Shown: positions 25,552 to 34,640 of the stretch, piece after piece
Numbering within the stretch: position 1 is the stretch's first letter
How the letters are laid out: each line of letters starts with the position of its first letter
From: a virus
Taxonomy: Duplodnaviria; Caudoviricetes
IMG/VR virus record: IMGVR_UViG_3300020042_006582
Span: 1 to 37,563 of that record
Length of the DNA stretch: 37,563 nt
Reading direction: 5' to 3' (one strand)
The notes under the pieces: generated by a model
Told to the model about the DNA's origin: nothing
What the model saw: only the letters and a program-made list of their open reading frames with translations
The model's database searches: none
Program-made: the position numbers and the translations under genes

Positions 25552-27006
25552 TTATTCCCAATATCCTCCAAAAGAAACAATAAAAGTAATTACACCTGCG
25601 GTAGTTACAACTCCTAAGTTTTTGCCTACTGTTTGAATAAATTCGCCCGGCTGAACTACTATTGGGCTATTTAAATCTAAGTCAATAGCATTTGCCATTG
25701 TTCCTAATGCTGAGTTAGCAGGAAAACTTTGAAAACCAATAGGTAATCTTCTTGGGGCTTTTGCAGTTGCACTTTCTGTAGTTGCTAAAGAAACGTTAGT
25801 ATGTCCGTAAGCTAATGATAAAGCATACAATACAGCACCGCCTACCAAAGTTGTTGTTACTGCTGAATGGATTGTAATTCTAGTTATGTAAAGTGTTTTA
25901 GCAGGTATTATTGAAGAACCTAAAGGAACTTGAAAACTACTTATTATACCGTCTGTGCCTACCACTAGTGTTGGTAATGCTGAAAACTGACCTCCTAAAC
26001 CAGAACCTAATGATGCAGTTGTATTTGTCATTGCTATTCCTGCTCCTGCTACTAGGTTATTTGTATATAGTGCAGTACTTCCCATAGTTTGAGCCGTTTG
26101 ACCTTGACTACTATGCCCTCCTGCTCCACAAAGAATTGAGTTCCATAATTTAGACGTATTTTGATCTGCTAAAGTTACATTAACAAAAGAAACTTTCATT
26201 ACTTGTGCGGTACTTGTAGCTGTTGAATTGTAGTTTCTGAATAAAACTGGTAATTGCATAGACGAAGTAACAGATCCTTGTGCTACTGGTATTTCTATTT
26301 CAGCAACTAATATATTATCAATCCAAAATAATGCTTTATTTGATATTACATATATCAGGAATAATCTTGATGTATTTACTCCAATTAAAGCATTAAAATC
26401 TAATGTTCCTGATTGTTTTTCTACTCCATTGTTGTTGATTATCGCTCTAAACTCTCCAACTGCATTTAGTCTAAAAAAACAACCATCAGTAGGAGCTGTT
26501 GTTCCTGTTGCTATTCCTGCTCCCCATTCACATACATTTCCTGCTACTGGAGTTTCTGTAAATTGCAATTGACTTTCATAATATGTTGTATAAGATTTGT
26601 AACATGGGAAACTTCTATATGAAGATAGCCTTGCTACTGCTCCCGACGCTAAAGATAAACCTGCGTTTAAATTTGCAAATCCCCCTGCTACGGTTAAAGT
26701 CATTGTAGTTACAGGTGCAGTCCATATAGCAGAATTTAGAGCCGTACTAGGAAATAATTCATTGATAATAGAATGATCTACACCTACTCTTAGTCTAAAA
26801 CCACTTGATGATTCTGGAGCTATCATTTTAGGAACTCCCGTAACTGTCCCTGCATCTACTTCTGTTTGCAAACGAACTGAGCCTACTTCTTCAAAATGTT
26901 CTGAGCCATCTACATCTATTGGATTTGCTAACTTTACTTTAGCTTGTCTTGCTGTAGTTATTTCTAATAATGCACCCGTAATAGGATCTTTTATAACTGT
27001 ACTCAT
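25552..27006 (-). CDS. Putative tail/fibre-associated structural protein with a lectin-like beta-sandwich (484 aa)
   Basis: Thr/Gly/Ala-rich beta protein (TDGCFFRLN...ALFWIDNILVAEI); C-terminal PIVVQPGEF...FGGYWE. Confidence 0.55.
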   Translation of the reverse strand: MSTVIKDPITGALLEITTARQAKVKLANPIDVDGSEHFEEVGSVRLQTEVDAGTVTGVPKMIAPESSSGFRLRVGVDHSIINELFPSTALNSAIWTAPVTTMTLTVAGGFANLNAGLSLASGAVARLSSYRSFPCYKSYTTYYESQLQFTETPVAGNVCEWGAGIATGTTAPTDGCFFRLNAVGEFRAIINNNGVEKQSGTLDFNALIGVNTSRLFLIYVISNKALFWIDNILVAEIEIPVAQGSVTSSMQLPVLFRNYNSTATSTAQVMKVSFVNVTLADQNTSKLWNSILCGAGGHSSQGQTAQTMGSTALYTNNLVAGAGIAMTNTTASLGSGLGGQFSALPTLVVGTDGIISSFQVPLGSSIIPAKTLYITRITIHSAVTTTLVGGAVLYALSLAYGHTNVSLATTESATAKAPRRLPIGFQSFPANSALGTMANAIDLDLNSPIVVQPGEFIQTVGKNLGVVTTAGVITFIVSFGGYWE

Positions 27007-27017
27007 AATATGGTTTT

Positions 27018-29693
27018 TTATATTGTTATTAAATATTTTATCGTGTAGTTTCCACTAGCATTATTTAAAGCTGTTCCTATTATGTCAAAAGAAACATTAT
27101 CTATTATATTCGCTATTGAAAAACTTAGCCCGTTTAAACTAAAGTCGTCTAAACTTGTTTCATATGTTTCTATTGGAATAAAAGAAAAACTTTTTATGTT
27201 TGCATTTGTTATACTTGCGTTTAAAATTGTATTTGTAATCTTATCTTCTTCATTCAAAAAATCAAATACTTGGGTAGCTGTTAAAACTGTATTACTAAAT
27301 GAATTAGTACCGTCAGCATTCACATAATTAGTAACAATTCCTGAATTGTTATAAAAGTTAGTAGTACCATCTTCATCAATTTCTACTCTAACTCTTTCAG
27401 TTTGCATATCAGTTCCGGAAACTGTCTTTGCACCAGTTACTAATTGAACTCTTGATGTACCTGTTCCTTTACCTGTACCAGCTTTTAATTTTAAAATACC
27501 ACCATCTAAATCAGCAGTACCTAAAGCACTAGTTAATAATTGGAATTGTAACGAAAGTTGATTTAATCCACAAGAAATAAATACTCTATTATTAGTATCA
27601 ATAGCTATTCCAGTTACACCCCCTTTTGGTAATGCTGATATATTCTTTTCCGTAGTATATACTGTTCCACCAAAGGCAAGTTTATATAAGAAGCTATCAT
27701 CTACAGAATAAATATTGTTGTTAGTGTCAATAGCAATGTAAGTACCTAGTAATGCAATTGTAGTATTTACAAAAAGTCCAGTACCTAAATTTTGTTTCCA
27801 TATAAACCCACTAATTAAGGCATATACGTTACCAAAACTATCCTCACAAAATCTGCCAATACCAACTGCACCGGATTGAATAACTGTAAAACTGACACCA
27901 TTATCCGTGCTGTATTGAATATTCCCATTAAAAACAGCATATAATTTATTAGATAATTTTGATGATAGAATACCGGTTACTGTAAAACCTGATGCACCGG
28001 TAACAATTATATTATTTCTAGTTAAAGTACCCCCATTATAAGGTGTTTGGTAAATACTAGTGTCAAAACCAATAGATATACCACCCAAAAAAATACCCAT
28101 TGATGGAACATTAATAATGGTATTTGTTCCTAATGGTATTCTATAAAGTCCAGCGCCAAATCCTTGAAAATATATATCCCCATTAGGAGAAGTAGTAGCT
28201 CCACTACCATAGTATTGATCATTAGTTACGGCAGTAAATTCTGAATTAATTAAATAATTTATTGCTTTTCCAGCGGTAACCGTTAAGTCTCTACCTTTGG
28301 AAATGCTTTCAGAAACTTCAACTCCAATCTCACGATCACTCTGATTTCCTAATGTTAAATCTTTTAATGGTGTATTACTTGTGCCTATTCCAAAAAATGA
28401 ACCAGTATCTATTAATCTTGACACTCCAATAGTAGTAGCGGTTAAGAATTTAGATAAATAATTAGCAACTCCACCTACAGGCAGATCCATTTTAGTAGCA
28501 ACATCATCAGTTCCAGCTACAGTCATACTTTTATTTGGTAAAGTATAAGTTCTTGAAGCAGTATTGCTGTTTATAAAAAAAGAAGTAAACGTGTTGGCAA
28601 CGTTTCTCAATCCAAGTTTTAAATTTAAGAATGTTTTGACCCCTGATACAGTTTGATCTGTAGTAGTTGTCATATCTCCACCGCCAGAAAAAGTTCTATT
28701 TACACTTAAATCGAAAGTTTCTGCACCAATAGTTATCGTTCTAGTTTGAGGTACGAATAAAGTATTAAAAACTGTAGTTAATTTTGCTTTGATGTTTAAC
28801 CAAGTTGTTTTCTTTTGCTTATTCGAATCTGAACTATCTGTAAAAGTTACTTTGTCTAAATCTTGAATATCATCTTCTGTTGTCAATCCATCAGAAAACG
28901 TACCGAAATTAGTTTCTGTTAAAACATCTTGCTTTAAGTTTAATGCAGTTTGTTGAGCAGTAGAAACAAGCTTATCTGCATCAGAAGTGTTATCTACGTT
29001 TCCTAATCCAACATTAGATTTAGTAGTTCCGTGAGGGTTTGTTCCGTCGTCTAAATTTAATTCTGAGTGATTAGAAACAAATGTACTTGGAAGACCATCA
29101 AACTTTTCTTTTTCTATTTCAGTTAAGTGGATGTAGTTTCCTTCGTTTAATCCGGAAAGATTATTGTGTATAGATTCTGAATTTGGTTTTAGATTAAAAA
29201 CTAAATTACTCGCTTTGTATTCTACAATAAGGCTATCCGGAAAGAATTTTTCTGAAACTGTTAATTTATAATATCCATTAATAGATTCTACATCATAGAT
29301 AGTAAAAAAGAAAATAGAATTTAAGCCTATTTTCTGAGAAACTATTAAATCAAATGGATTTGTTGTTGTGATACTATCAAAAAACTGAGAAACATCTTTA
29401 TTGCTACTTGTGTATTTTGATATAAAAAAGTGAGTTATGTTGTTCGGGTTTTGCTCGTTATCGTTTGAGTAAAAACATCCATTTGCAGGAGCTTGACTTA
29501 CTCCTAAGTGGTTATAGAACAAAAAGTCAAAATTTCTAGAACCGTTAACCATATTAAAATGGCTACCTAAATCTTCAAGTAAAAAACTAACAGTTGGTTT
29601 ATTTGCTTTGTCCGCATCTGTACCTACTAAATAATCTTTACCCGTTATTTCTGTATCTGGTTTATAAGTCGGTTGACTAGATATTTTTGTCAT
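27018..29693 (-). CDS. Tail fibre / receptor-binding protein (891 aa)
   Basis: Phage tail repeat NPHGTTKSNVGLGNVDNTSDADK, TDQTVSGVKTF and RTYTLPNKS fibre motifs; propeller-like repeats (IAIDTNNNIY, IAIDTNNRVF, CEDSFGNVY). Confidence 0.75.
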   Translation of the reverse strand: MTKISSQPTYKPDTEITGKDYLVGTDADKANKPTVSFLLEDLGSHFNMVNGSRNFDFLFYNHLGVSQAPANGCFYSNDNEQNPNNITHFFISKYTSSNKDVSQFFDSITTTNPFDLIVSQKIGLNSIFFFTIYDVESINGYYKLTVSEKFFPDSLIVEYKASNLVFNLKPNSESIHNNLSGLNEGNYIHLTEIEKEKFDGLPSTFVSNHSELNLDDGTNPHGTTKSNVGLGNVDNTSDADKLVSTAQQTALNLKQDVLTETNFGTFSDGLTTEDDIQDLDKVTFTDSSDSNKQKKTTWLNIKAKLTTVFNTLFVPQTRTITIGAETFDLSVNRTFSGGGDMTTTTDQTVSGVKTFLNLKLGLRNVANTFTSFFINSNTASRTYTLPNKSMTVAGTDDVATKMDLPVGGVANYLSKFLTATTIGVSRLIDTGSFFGIGTSNTPLKDLTLGNQSDREIGVEVSESISKGRDLTVTAGKAINYLINSEFTAVTNDQYYGSGATTSPNGDIYFQGFGAGLYRIPLGTNTIINVPSMGIFLGGISIGFDTSIYQTPYNGGTLTRNNIIVTGASGFTVTGILSSKLSNKLYAVFNGNIQYSTDNGVSFTVIQSGAVGIGRFCEDSFGNVYALISGFIWKQNLGTGLFVNTTIALLGTYIAIDTNNNIYSVDDSFLYKLAFGGTVYTTEKNISALPKGGVTGIAIDTNNRVFISCGLNQLSLQFQLLTSALGTADLDGGILKLKAGTGKGTGTSRVQLVTGAKTVSGTDMQTERVRVEIDEDGTTNFYNNSGIVTNYVNADGTNSFSNTVLTATQVFDFLNEEDKITNTILNASITNANIKSFSFIPIETYETSLDDFSLNGLSFSIANIIDNVSFDIIGTALNNASGNYTIKYLITI

Positions 29694-29697
29694 GATA

Positions 29698-30435
29698 TTA
29701 TCTTATTTTATACCATTTTGATTGTGAAGCAATCCATATAAGCTCAGTAGTCGCTAAAGCTGATAATGTTGTTACAGCACCTATTATAGTTCCTACTGCT
29801 GTTGTTATTGTTAAGTCAACAATTCCACTAACAGACATAATAGTTACTTTTTGATTATCTATTGGCAAACTAGGCAATTGTATAGTTAAACTTATTGTAG
29901 AAATACCTGCTTCATGGATATAGACTAAATCTTTTTTGCCGTTTGCTATTGATATTGTACCTGTACTTGCTGTGCTTCTTAGTGATTCTGTTGCTAGCCC
30001 AATAGTTCCATTTGTATCTGGGAGTACATAAGTACGAATATCGGATAAGTTAGATGTATCAAATGTGCCATAGTTACCTGATAAAATATCTCTTAATATA
30101 ACATTACTAGTATCTATTGGATTAGTTGTTACTGCTGATGAATCTGTAACAGCTTGTAGTGTTGGGGCTGTCCCGCCCCCATTAAAATTTGCAGTTAAAA
30201 AATTTAGTTGGTTTAAAGCATCTAATATGTCTGTAGGAGCTACTCCATCAATTGTCTGAATTTCAGCAAATTTATATTCTTTTTCAAACGTCCCGTAATC
30301 TTTTAAATGGATTGACTCATTAGCTAATTCAAAACTAGGAGCTTTGAAAGTTTTCTTTTCTGTTTTAAATTTGCCAGATTCTTCGTTTACCGTTACAACT
30401 AAGGCATTGGATTCTGCTGTGAAAATATATTTCAT
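29698..30435 (-). CDS. Putative fibre/spike-associated protein (245 aa)
   Basis: PTLQAVTD and RTYVLPDTNGTIG fibre motifs; N-terminal ~85 aa similar to the N-terminus of the SGNH protein. Confidence 0.6.
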   Translation of the reverse strand: MKYIFTAESNALVVTVNEESGKFKTEKKTFKAPSFELANESIHLKDYGTFEKEYKFAEIQTIDGVAPTDILDALNQLNFLTANFNGGGTAPTLQAVTDSSAVTTNPIDTSNVILRDILSGNYGTFDTSNLSDIRTYVLPDTNGTIGLATESLRSTASTGTISIANGKKDLVYIHEAGISTISLTIQLPSLPIDNQKVTIMSVSGIVDLTITTAVGTIIGAVTTLSALATTELIWIASQSKWYKIR

Positions 30436-30448
30436 AATTTGTTGTTGT

Positions 30449-31921
30449 TTATAATTGATTAAAAAAATTAGAAAATTGTTTTGCTAAATATTGATGTCCT
30501 AGCACGTTTGGGTGTAATCCATCACTTGTGTAAGTAGATTGTGTAATAGCGTTTATTCCACTTTTACTATAATTGTCATATACAGGAATTGAATATCTCT
30601 CACATACAGCCTTTATTGCGTTAACATAATCTACTAACTTATGTCCTGCTAAATTCACATAATCTATATTAAATACAGTTTCGTTATCTACAAATGGGGT
30701 TATGAAACATAATCTAGCCGTAGGGTCTTGTGTAAGTATTCCTGAAACTAATGCCTTTAAAGCTCCATAAAATTCAAATTCGTTTACCGAAGATATTGTA
30801 CCAATAGGTATTCCTGTTCTGTAATCGTTTGCTCCTCCAAATACTACGTTTAAATCAGCCCCATTATTTAAAGAAGTTAGTCTTTCTAAAAGAGAGTCTG
30901 TTTTGCCGACATACTTTGATATACAACTAGCACTTACTCCAAAATTATTTGCTTGTTTTAAATGTAGTATTTTTGAAACATTAGTTGGGTATGCTAGTGT
31001 TGCTCCTACAAATAGACCTGCCGTAATACTATCTCCTATAAAATTAACTTTTTTTCCTCTCCATCTGTCTAATTCTGAGTTAACAAAAAGTTTATTTAAA
31101 GTGTATTCGAAAGGCTCATATACTGTTCCAACATTACCTGTTTCTAATTGTATTGTATTTAAAATGGCATTTGTTAGACTAAATCTTACATAGGCACAAT
31201 CACTTGGTGTAGTAAAGTTTTGAGTAACAGCAAATGTTAAATATGTTTTATCTGCCCTGTAAAAAAGGATTCCATTAGGGCTGTTTATAAAATAATTAGT
31301 ACTTGGCGAAACTTTTATAAAATCACTTATTATAAAACTTGCGTCTGATACAGGATTTCCATTGCCAGAATCTAAATAAAAACCATTTGTTACATTGTCT
31401 TTGTCAAATAAATTTTTACCTGATATAAAATCGTCATAATTTACATATTTTGTTAAATCTATTTCTGTTTGTGATACAGAAAAAACACCTGCTCCGTTTC
31501 TTGAAATTACTGCTAATCCATCTGAATTAACAACAACTCCACCAAAATTAGTATAAGTGCCTGATTCAGTTGTAATCCAAAAAGCTTCTCCTGTTCCCGT
31601 TGGAGTACTTGAAGGATTTATGCTACCTAAATATATACTATCAAAAATACTTTCTATTTCTTCAATAAAAATACTTTTAATAAAAGATTCTAATAATTCA
31701 TAAGCATCTATAAGACTTGTAGGTGTTATCCCATCTATTATACCTATAACTTCAAAAACTAAATCTTGAATTGGCAATGAACCTTCTTTTATAATTACCC
31801 TATCTTGTGCTAATGAAATATTTGGCTGAAAATATTCAATTATTTTTCCATCATACTTCCCGTTTTCTGTATCTAGTGTAGCAATCAAAGAGTTACTAGT
31901 TTTGGAAAAATTATATCCCAT
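30449..31921 (-). CDS. Virion-associated SGNH/GDSL hydrolase (tail-spike esterase, 490 aa)
   Basis: Block I FIGDSIT, block II NFGVSA, block III FGGANDY, block V DGLHPN; preceded by a GKNLFDK...YVRFS...IQLETG carbohydrate-binding-like module. Confidence 0.85.
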   Translation of the reverse strand: MGYNFSKTSNSLIATLDTENGKYDGKIIEYFQPNISLAQDRVIIKEGSLPIQDLVFEVIGIIDGITPTSLIDAYELLESFIKSIFIEEIESIFDSIYLGSINPSSTPTGTGEAFWITTESGTYTNFGGVVVNSDGLAVISRNGAGVFSVSQTEIDLTKYVNYDDFISGKNLFDKDNVTNGFYLDSGNGNPVSDASFIISDFIKVSPSTNYFINSPNGILFYRADKTYLTFAVTQNFTTPSDCAYVRFSLTNAILNTIQLETGNVGTVYEPFEYTLNKLFVNSELDRWRGKKVNFIGDSITAGLFVGATLAYPTNVSKILHLKQANNFGVSASCISKYVGKTDSLLERLTSLNNGADLNVVFGGANDYRTGIPIGTISSVNEFEFYGALKALVSGILTQDPTARLCFITPFVDNETVFNIDYVNLAGHKLVDYVNAIKAVCERYSIPVYDNYSKSGINAITQSTYTSDGLHPNVLGHQYLAKQFSNFFNQL

Positions 31922-31945
31922 AGCTTTTGTAGTTTAATTTAGTTA

Positions 31946-31984
31946 CAAATATAAAAATATTATCCGACAACAAACGGCTTTTTT
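31946..31984 (-). promoter_or_regulatory. Promoter for the fibre/lysis/packaging operon (repeat copy)
   Basis: GCCGTTTGTTGTCGGATAAT...TATATTTG on minus; near-identical to 15008-15047. Confidence 0.7.
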
Positions 31985-31997
31985 TTTAGTTTTTTTC

Positions 31998-32005
31998 TAT
32001 CTTTG
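31998..32005 (+). promoter_or_regulatory. -7 promoter element for groEL-groES (divergent)
   Basis: TATCTTTG matches TAnnTTTG, 30 nt upstream of the groEL ATG, back-to-back with the minus-strand promoter. Confidence 0.55.
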
Positions 32006-32035
32006 CCTTTAAACATTTAATTAAATCAAATTTAT

Positions 32036-33616
32036 ATGCAACAAAACATTAACAGAATTGTAGAAACTGGTAAGTCTGCAAAATACAAATTAGAAAAAGG
32101 AGTAGATTCCGTTTGTGATGTAGTTGGTGCGACTATGGGCGCAAGAGGTTCAAATAATCTTTTTGAAACGCTAGATGGGCTTCCGCATATTACAAAGGAC
32201 GGCTATGACAGTCTTAATATGATGTTTTTGTCTGAACCGATCGAAAACATGGGATGTGAAATTGTAAAAGAAGCTTGTAATAAACAGCATAGTGAAGTTG
32301 GGGATAACACCACGTTAACTTGTGTTCTTACGCAAGCCTTTTTTAAAAATTCTTTAAAAGCAGTTGAAAATGGAGGAAATGAAATAGAAATTTCTGAGAA
32401 TATCCTTAAATCTGTAAAAGCAGTAAATGAATACCTAGATAAATTATCAATTCCTTTAACGGAGAAGTTAATTTTTGATATTGCTAAAACTGCCGGTAAC
32501 GGAGATTTAGATTTAGCAAGAATAGTTTCAAAAGCATTTCACGATGCAGGAGAGTATGGTTCTGTTTCTCACGGAAGAAGCATGACAGACGAAACGTTTA
32601 TTTCTTTTATTGAAGGAAATCCTATCGATAGTGGTTTTGCTCACGAAGGATTTATTAACGTTCAGGAAAACCAATCAGTAGTTTTTGACAATCCGTTAGT
32701 TTTGGTTTCAGATATTCACTTCCAAACTATTAACGAGATTATTCCTTTCTTGGAAATTGCTTTCCCTGCAAATGAAGAAGGAGTTCCTTATGTTGCTCCT
32801 ACTCCTCTAGTTATTATTGGAACAATGGAAGACAACATAATGGAAGCTTTAGTTGCCAATGCAAGACACAAACTTCCAATTGCTGTCGTTAAATCTCCTT
32901 ACTTCGGTAAAAAAGGAAGAGAGATTATGTCAGATATTGCTATGGTATTAGGTTCTACTGTATTAGATGGAATTGCACGCTCCGATTATGGCGGAAAAGA
33001 ACAAACTTACTTGGGAACTTGCCAGAGAATCGTTATCAAAGAAAAAGATACGGTTGTTACATTAAGTCCTAATGTTAGTCAGGAAAAATCTAAAGCTCGA
33101 ATTGCTGAGTTGAAAGAACAGATTAAGCACCAAACTAATATCCATGAAGTAAACTACTTGAATGAAAGAATTTCAAAGATTAATGGTGGAATTGCTACTA
33201 TTCTAATTGGTGGTTATACTCCTAGTGAAGTTGAAGAAAGAATTGCTAGATATGATGATGCAATTTGTGCCGTTAAATCTGCTAAAGAAGGAGTTGTTGC
33301 AGGTGGAGGAGTTGCTTTAGTGAGTGTTTTTGAAAATGAAAATATATTACTAGATGATGTTACGGCAGAATCAATAAAAGCACCATTTCAAAAAATAATG
33401 TCTAATGCAGGTGTAAAATCTACTGGAGAAAAATTTAGAAAATATCCAAATGGTTTTGATGTAAAAGAATACAAAGAAGTCGATATGTTTCAAGTTGGAA
33501 TTGTAGATACTGTAAAAGGGATTAAAACAGCTTTGATTAACGCTTCGTCCGCTTCAAATAATCTTTTAAGATGTAATTTTGTTATGCCATATAAAAGAAC
33601 TGTAAATGGGAACTAA
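32036..33616 (+). CDS. groEL: Phage-encoded GroEL-like chaperonin (526 aa)
   Basis: ATMGARG, PHITKDG, VGDNTTLTCVL (GDGTT variant), KSPYFG, LNERISKINGGIATILIGG, RYDDAICA, GVVAGGGVAL, MFQVGIVD motifs; lacks the GGM tail. Confidence 0.95.
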   Translation: MQQNINRIVETGKSAKYKLEKGVDSVCDVVGATMGARGSNNLFETLDGLPHITKDGYDSLNMMFLSEPIENMGCEIVKEACNKQHSEVGDNTTLTCVLTQAFFKNSLKAVENGGNEIEISENILKSVKAVNEYLDKLSIPLTEKLIFDIAKTAGNGDLDLARIVSKAFHDAGEYGSVSHGRSMTDETFISFIEGNPIDSGFAHEGFINVQENQSVVFDNPLVLVSDIHFQTINEIIPFLEIAFPANEEGVPYVAPTPLVIIGTMEDNIMEALVANARHKLPIAVVKSPYFGKKGREIMSDIAMVLGSTVLDGIARSDYGGKEQTYLGTCQRIVIKEKDTVVTLSPNVSQEKSKARIAELKEQIKHQTNIHEVNYLNERISKINGGIATILIGGYTPSEVEERIARYDDAICAVKSAKEGVVAGGGVALVSVFENENILLDDVTAESIKAPFQKIMSNAGVKSTGEKFRKYPNGFDVKEYKEVDMFQVGIVDTVKGIKTALINASSASNNLLRCNFVMPYKRTVNGN

Positions 33617-33899
33617 AAAGTTTATTGCTTTAAACTACAATGTTATTGTGGAGGAGCGAGTTTTAGAGAACAAAACTGATGGCGGATTTGACTTTACTGG
33701 ATATTCAGATGTAAACGAAAGTCAAAAAGCAGGAGTTGTTGTAGCTATTGGAGAACTTTGTCCGAAAGATTCAGAAGGAAATCACTTTATCGAAGAAGGG
33801 CAAACAATAGTTTTTATGAAGCATAAAACTACACAGTTTACGCTTGAAGGGAAACCCTATAAAATTGTTCCTTATCCGGATTTAGTTTTAGCCTTATAA
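33606..33899 (+). CDS. groES: Co-chaperonin GroES (97 aa)
   Basis: ALNYNVIVE, mobile loop KTDGGFDFTG, GVVVAIGE, EEGQTIVF, LEGKPYKIV; overlaps the groEL stop. Confidence 0.88.
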   Translation: MGTKKFIALNYNVIVEERVLENKTDGGFDFTGYSDVNESQKAGVVVAIGELCPKDSEGNHFIEEGQTIVFMKHKTTQFTLEGKPYKIVPYPDLVLAL

Positions 33900-33902
33900 A
33901 TT

Positions 33903-33938
33903 AAAAACTCCCTAGCAATTATGTTAGGGAGTTTTTTT
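33903..33938. terminator. Bidirectional Rho-independent terminator between convergent genes
   Basis: AAAAACTCCCTAGCA-ATTA-TGTTAGGGAGTTTTT stem with A and T tails on both sides. Confidence 0.85.
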
Positions 33939-33955
33939 ATTGATCTTGTTCTGAT

Positions 33956-34333
33956 TTATTCAGGAGTTTCGTCTTTTTCTAAAAACTTTTCTACTTCATC
34001 TAACATCGCTTCTTTTTCAGTAGCAGTTAATGGAATATTATTTAGTTTACAAAACTCAACAATTTCTTCCGCAGTCATTTCGTCTATTTTAAAAGAATCT
34101 CCTTCAATTAAATTAGAAACAACTACTTGTTTAGCAATTACTTCAATTCCTAAAACTTGTCTTTCAGTTTCTTTTTTAGCACCTTCCAAATATTGAATGG
34201 TAACTAAAATGTTTTCAGCAGGATTCTCTAATCCTTTGTAATATTTGATTAGTTTTTCTAGCTGTTCAGATGGATTGAACACCTCCTTTACTTTAAGAGC
34301 TTTTTCTACTCCTTTTTTTTCTTCTTTTTTCAT
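33956..34333 (-). CDS. Hypothetical protein with a C-terminal helix-extension-helix (Rho-N/LEM-like) motif (125 aa)
   Basis: C-terminal IDEMTAEEIVEFCKLNNIPLTATEKEAMLDEVEK pattern. Confidence 0.5.
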   Translation of the reverse strand: MKKEEKKGVEKALKVKEVFNPSEQLEKLIKYYKGLENPAENILVTIQYLEGAKKETERQVLGIEVIAKQVVVSNLIEGDSFKIDEMTAEEIVEFCKLNNIPLTATEKEAMLDEVEKFLEKDETPE

Positions 34334-34385
34334 TACTATAGAGTTTGGTTTTTATTATTAGGCTAACCAAGCCTGTTAGTTTTAA

Positions 34386-34616
34386 TTACGCGAATATAGA
34401 TTTTACTGCATACATACAGCTAGTTTCTAATTCTGTTTGAGCAATAGAAATACATCTAGCGTTTTTACCGTCTGCCTTCATTTCTTCTAAAGTGTCGATT
34501 AAATCGGCATACTTTTGCTTTAACGTTTCGATAACTGGATTTGCTGATGGGTTAAAACTTCTTTGAACTCTTTGCTCTCCAATTGTAGGAGGTCTTTGTG
34601 TGTGGTTTTCTTGCAT
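34386..34616 (-). CDS. Acb2/Tad1-like helical-hairpin protein, putative cyclic-nucleotide sponge (76 aa)
   Basis: Two-helix hairpin with C-terminal RCISIAQTELETSCMYAVKSI, resembling the R..(A/S)(I/L)A.T.(L/I)(E/Q)T..M...(K/R)AI pattern of Acb2/Tad1-family proteins. Confidence 0.6.
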   Translation of the reverse strand: MQENHTQRPPTIGEQRVQRSFNPSANPVIETLKQKYADLIDTLEEMKADGKNARCISIAQTELETSCMYAVKSIFA

Positions 34617-34640
34617 TTTATTTGATTTTATTTGTTATTT

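Noticed and set aside
10742-31984. CGACAACAA repeats as CRISPR repeats or att sites
   Set aside because: Only three dispersed copies, each linked to a TAnnTTTG element before an operon; no spacer array or integrase in the window.
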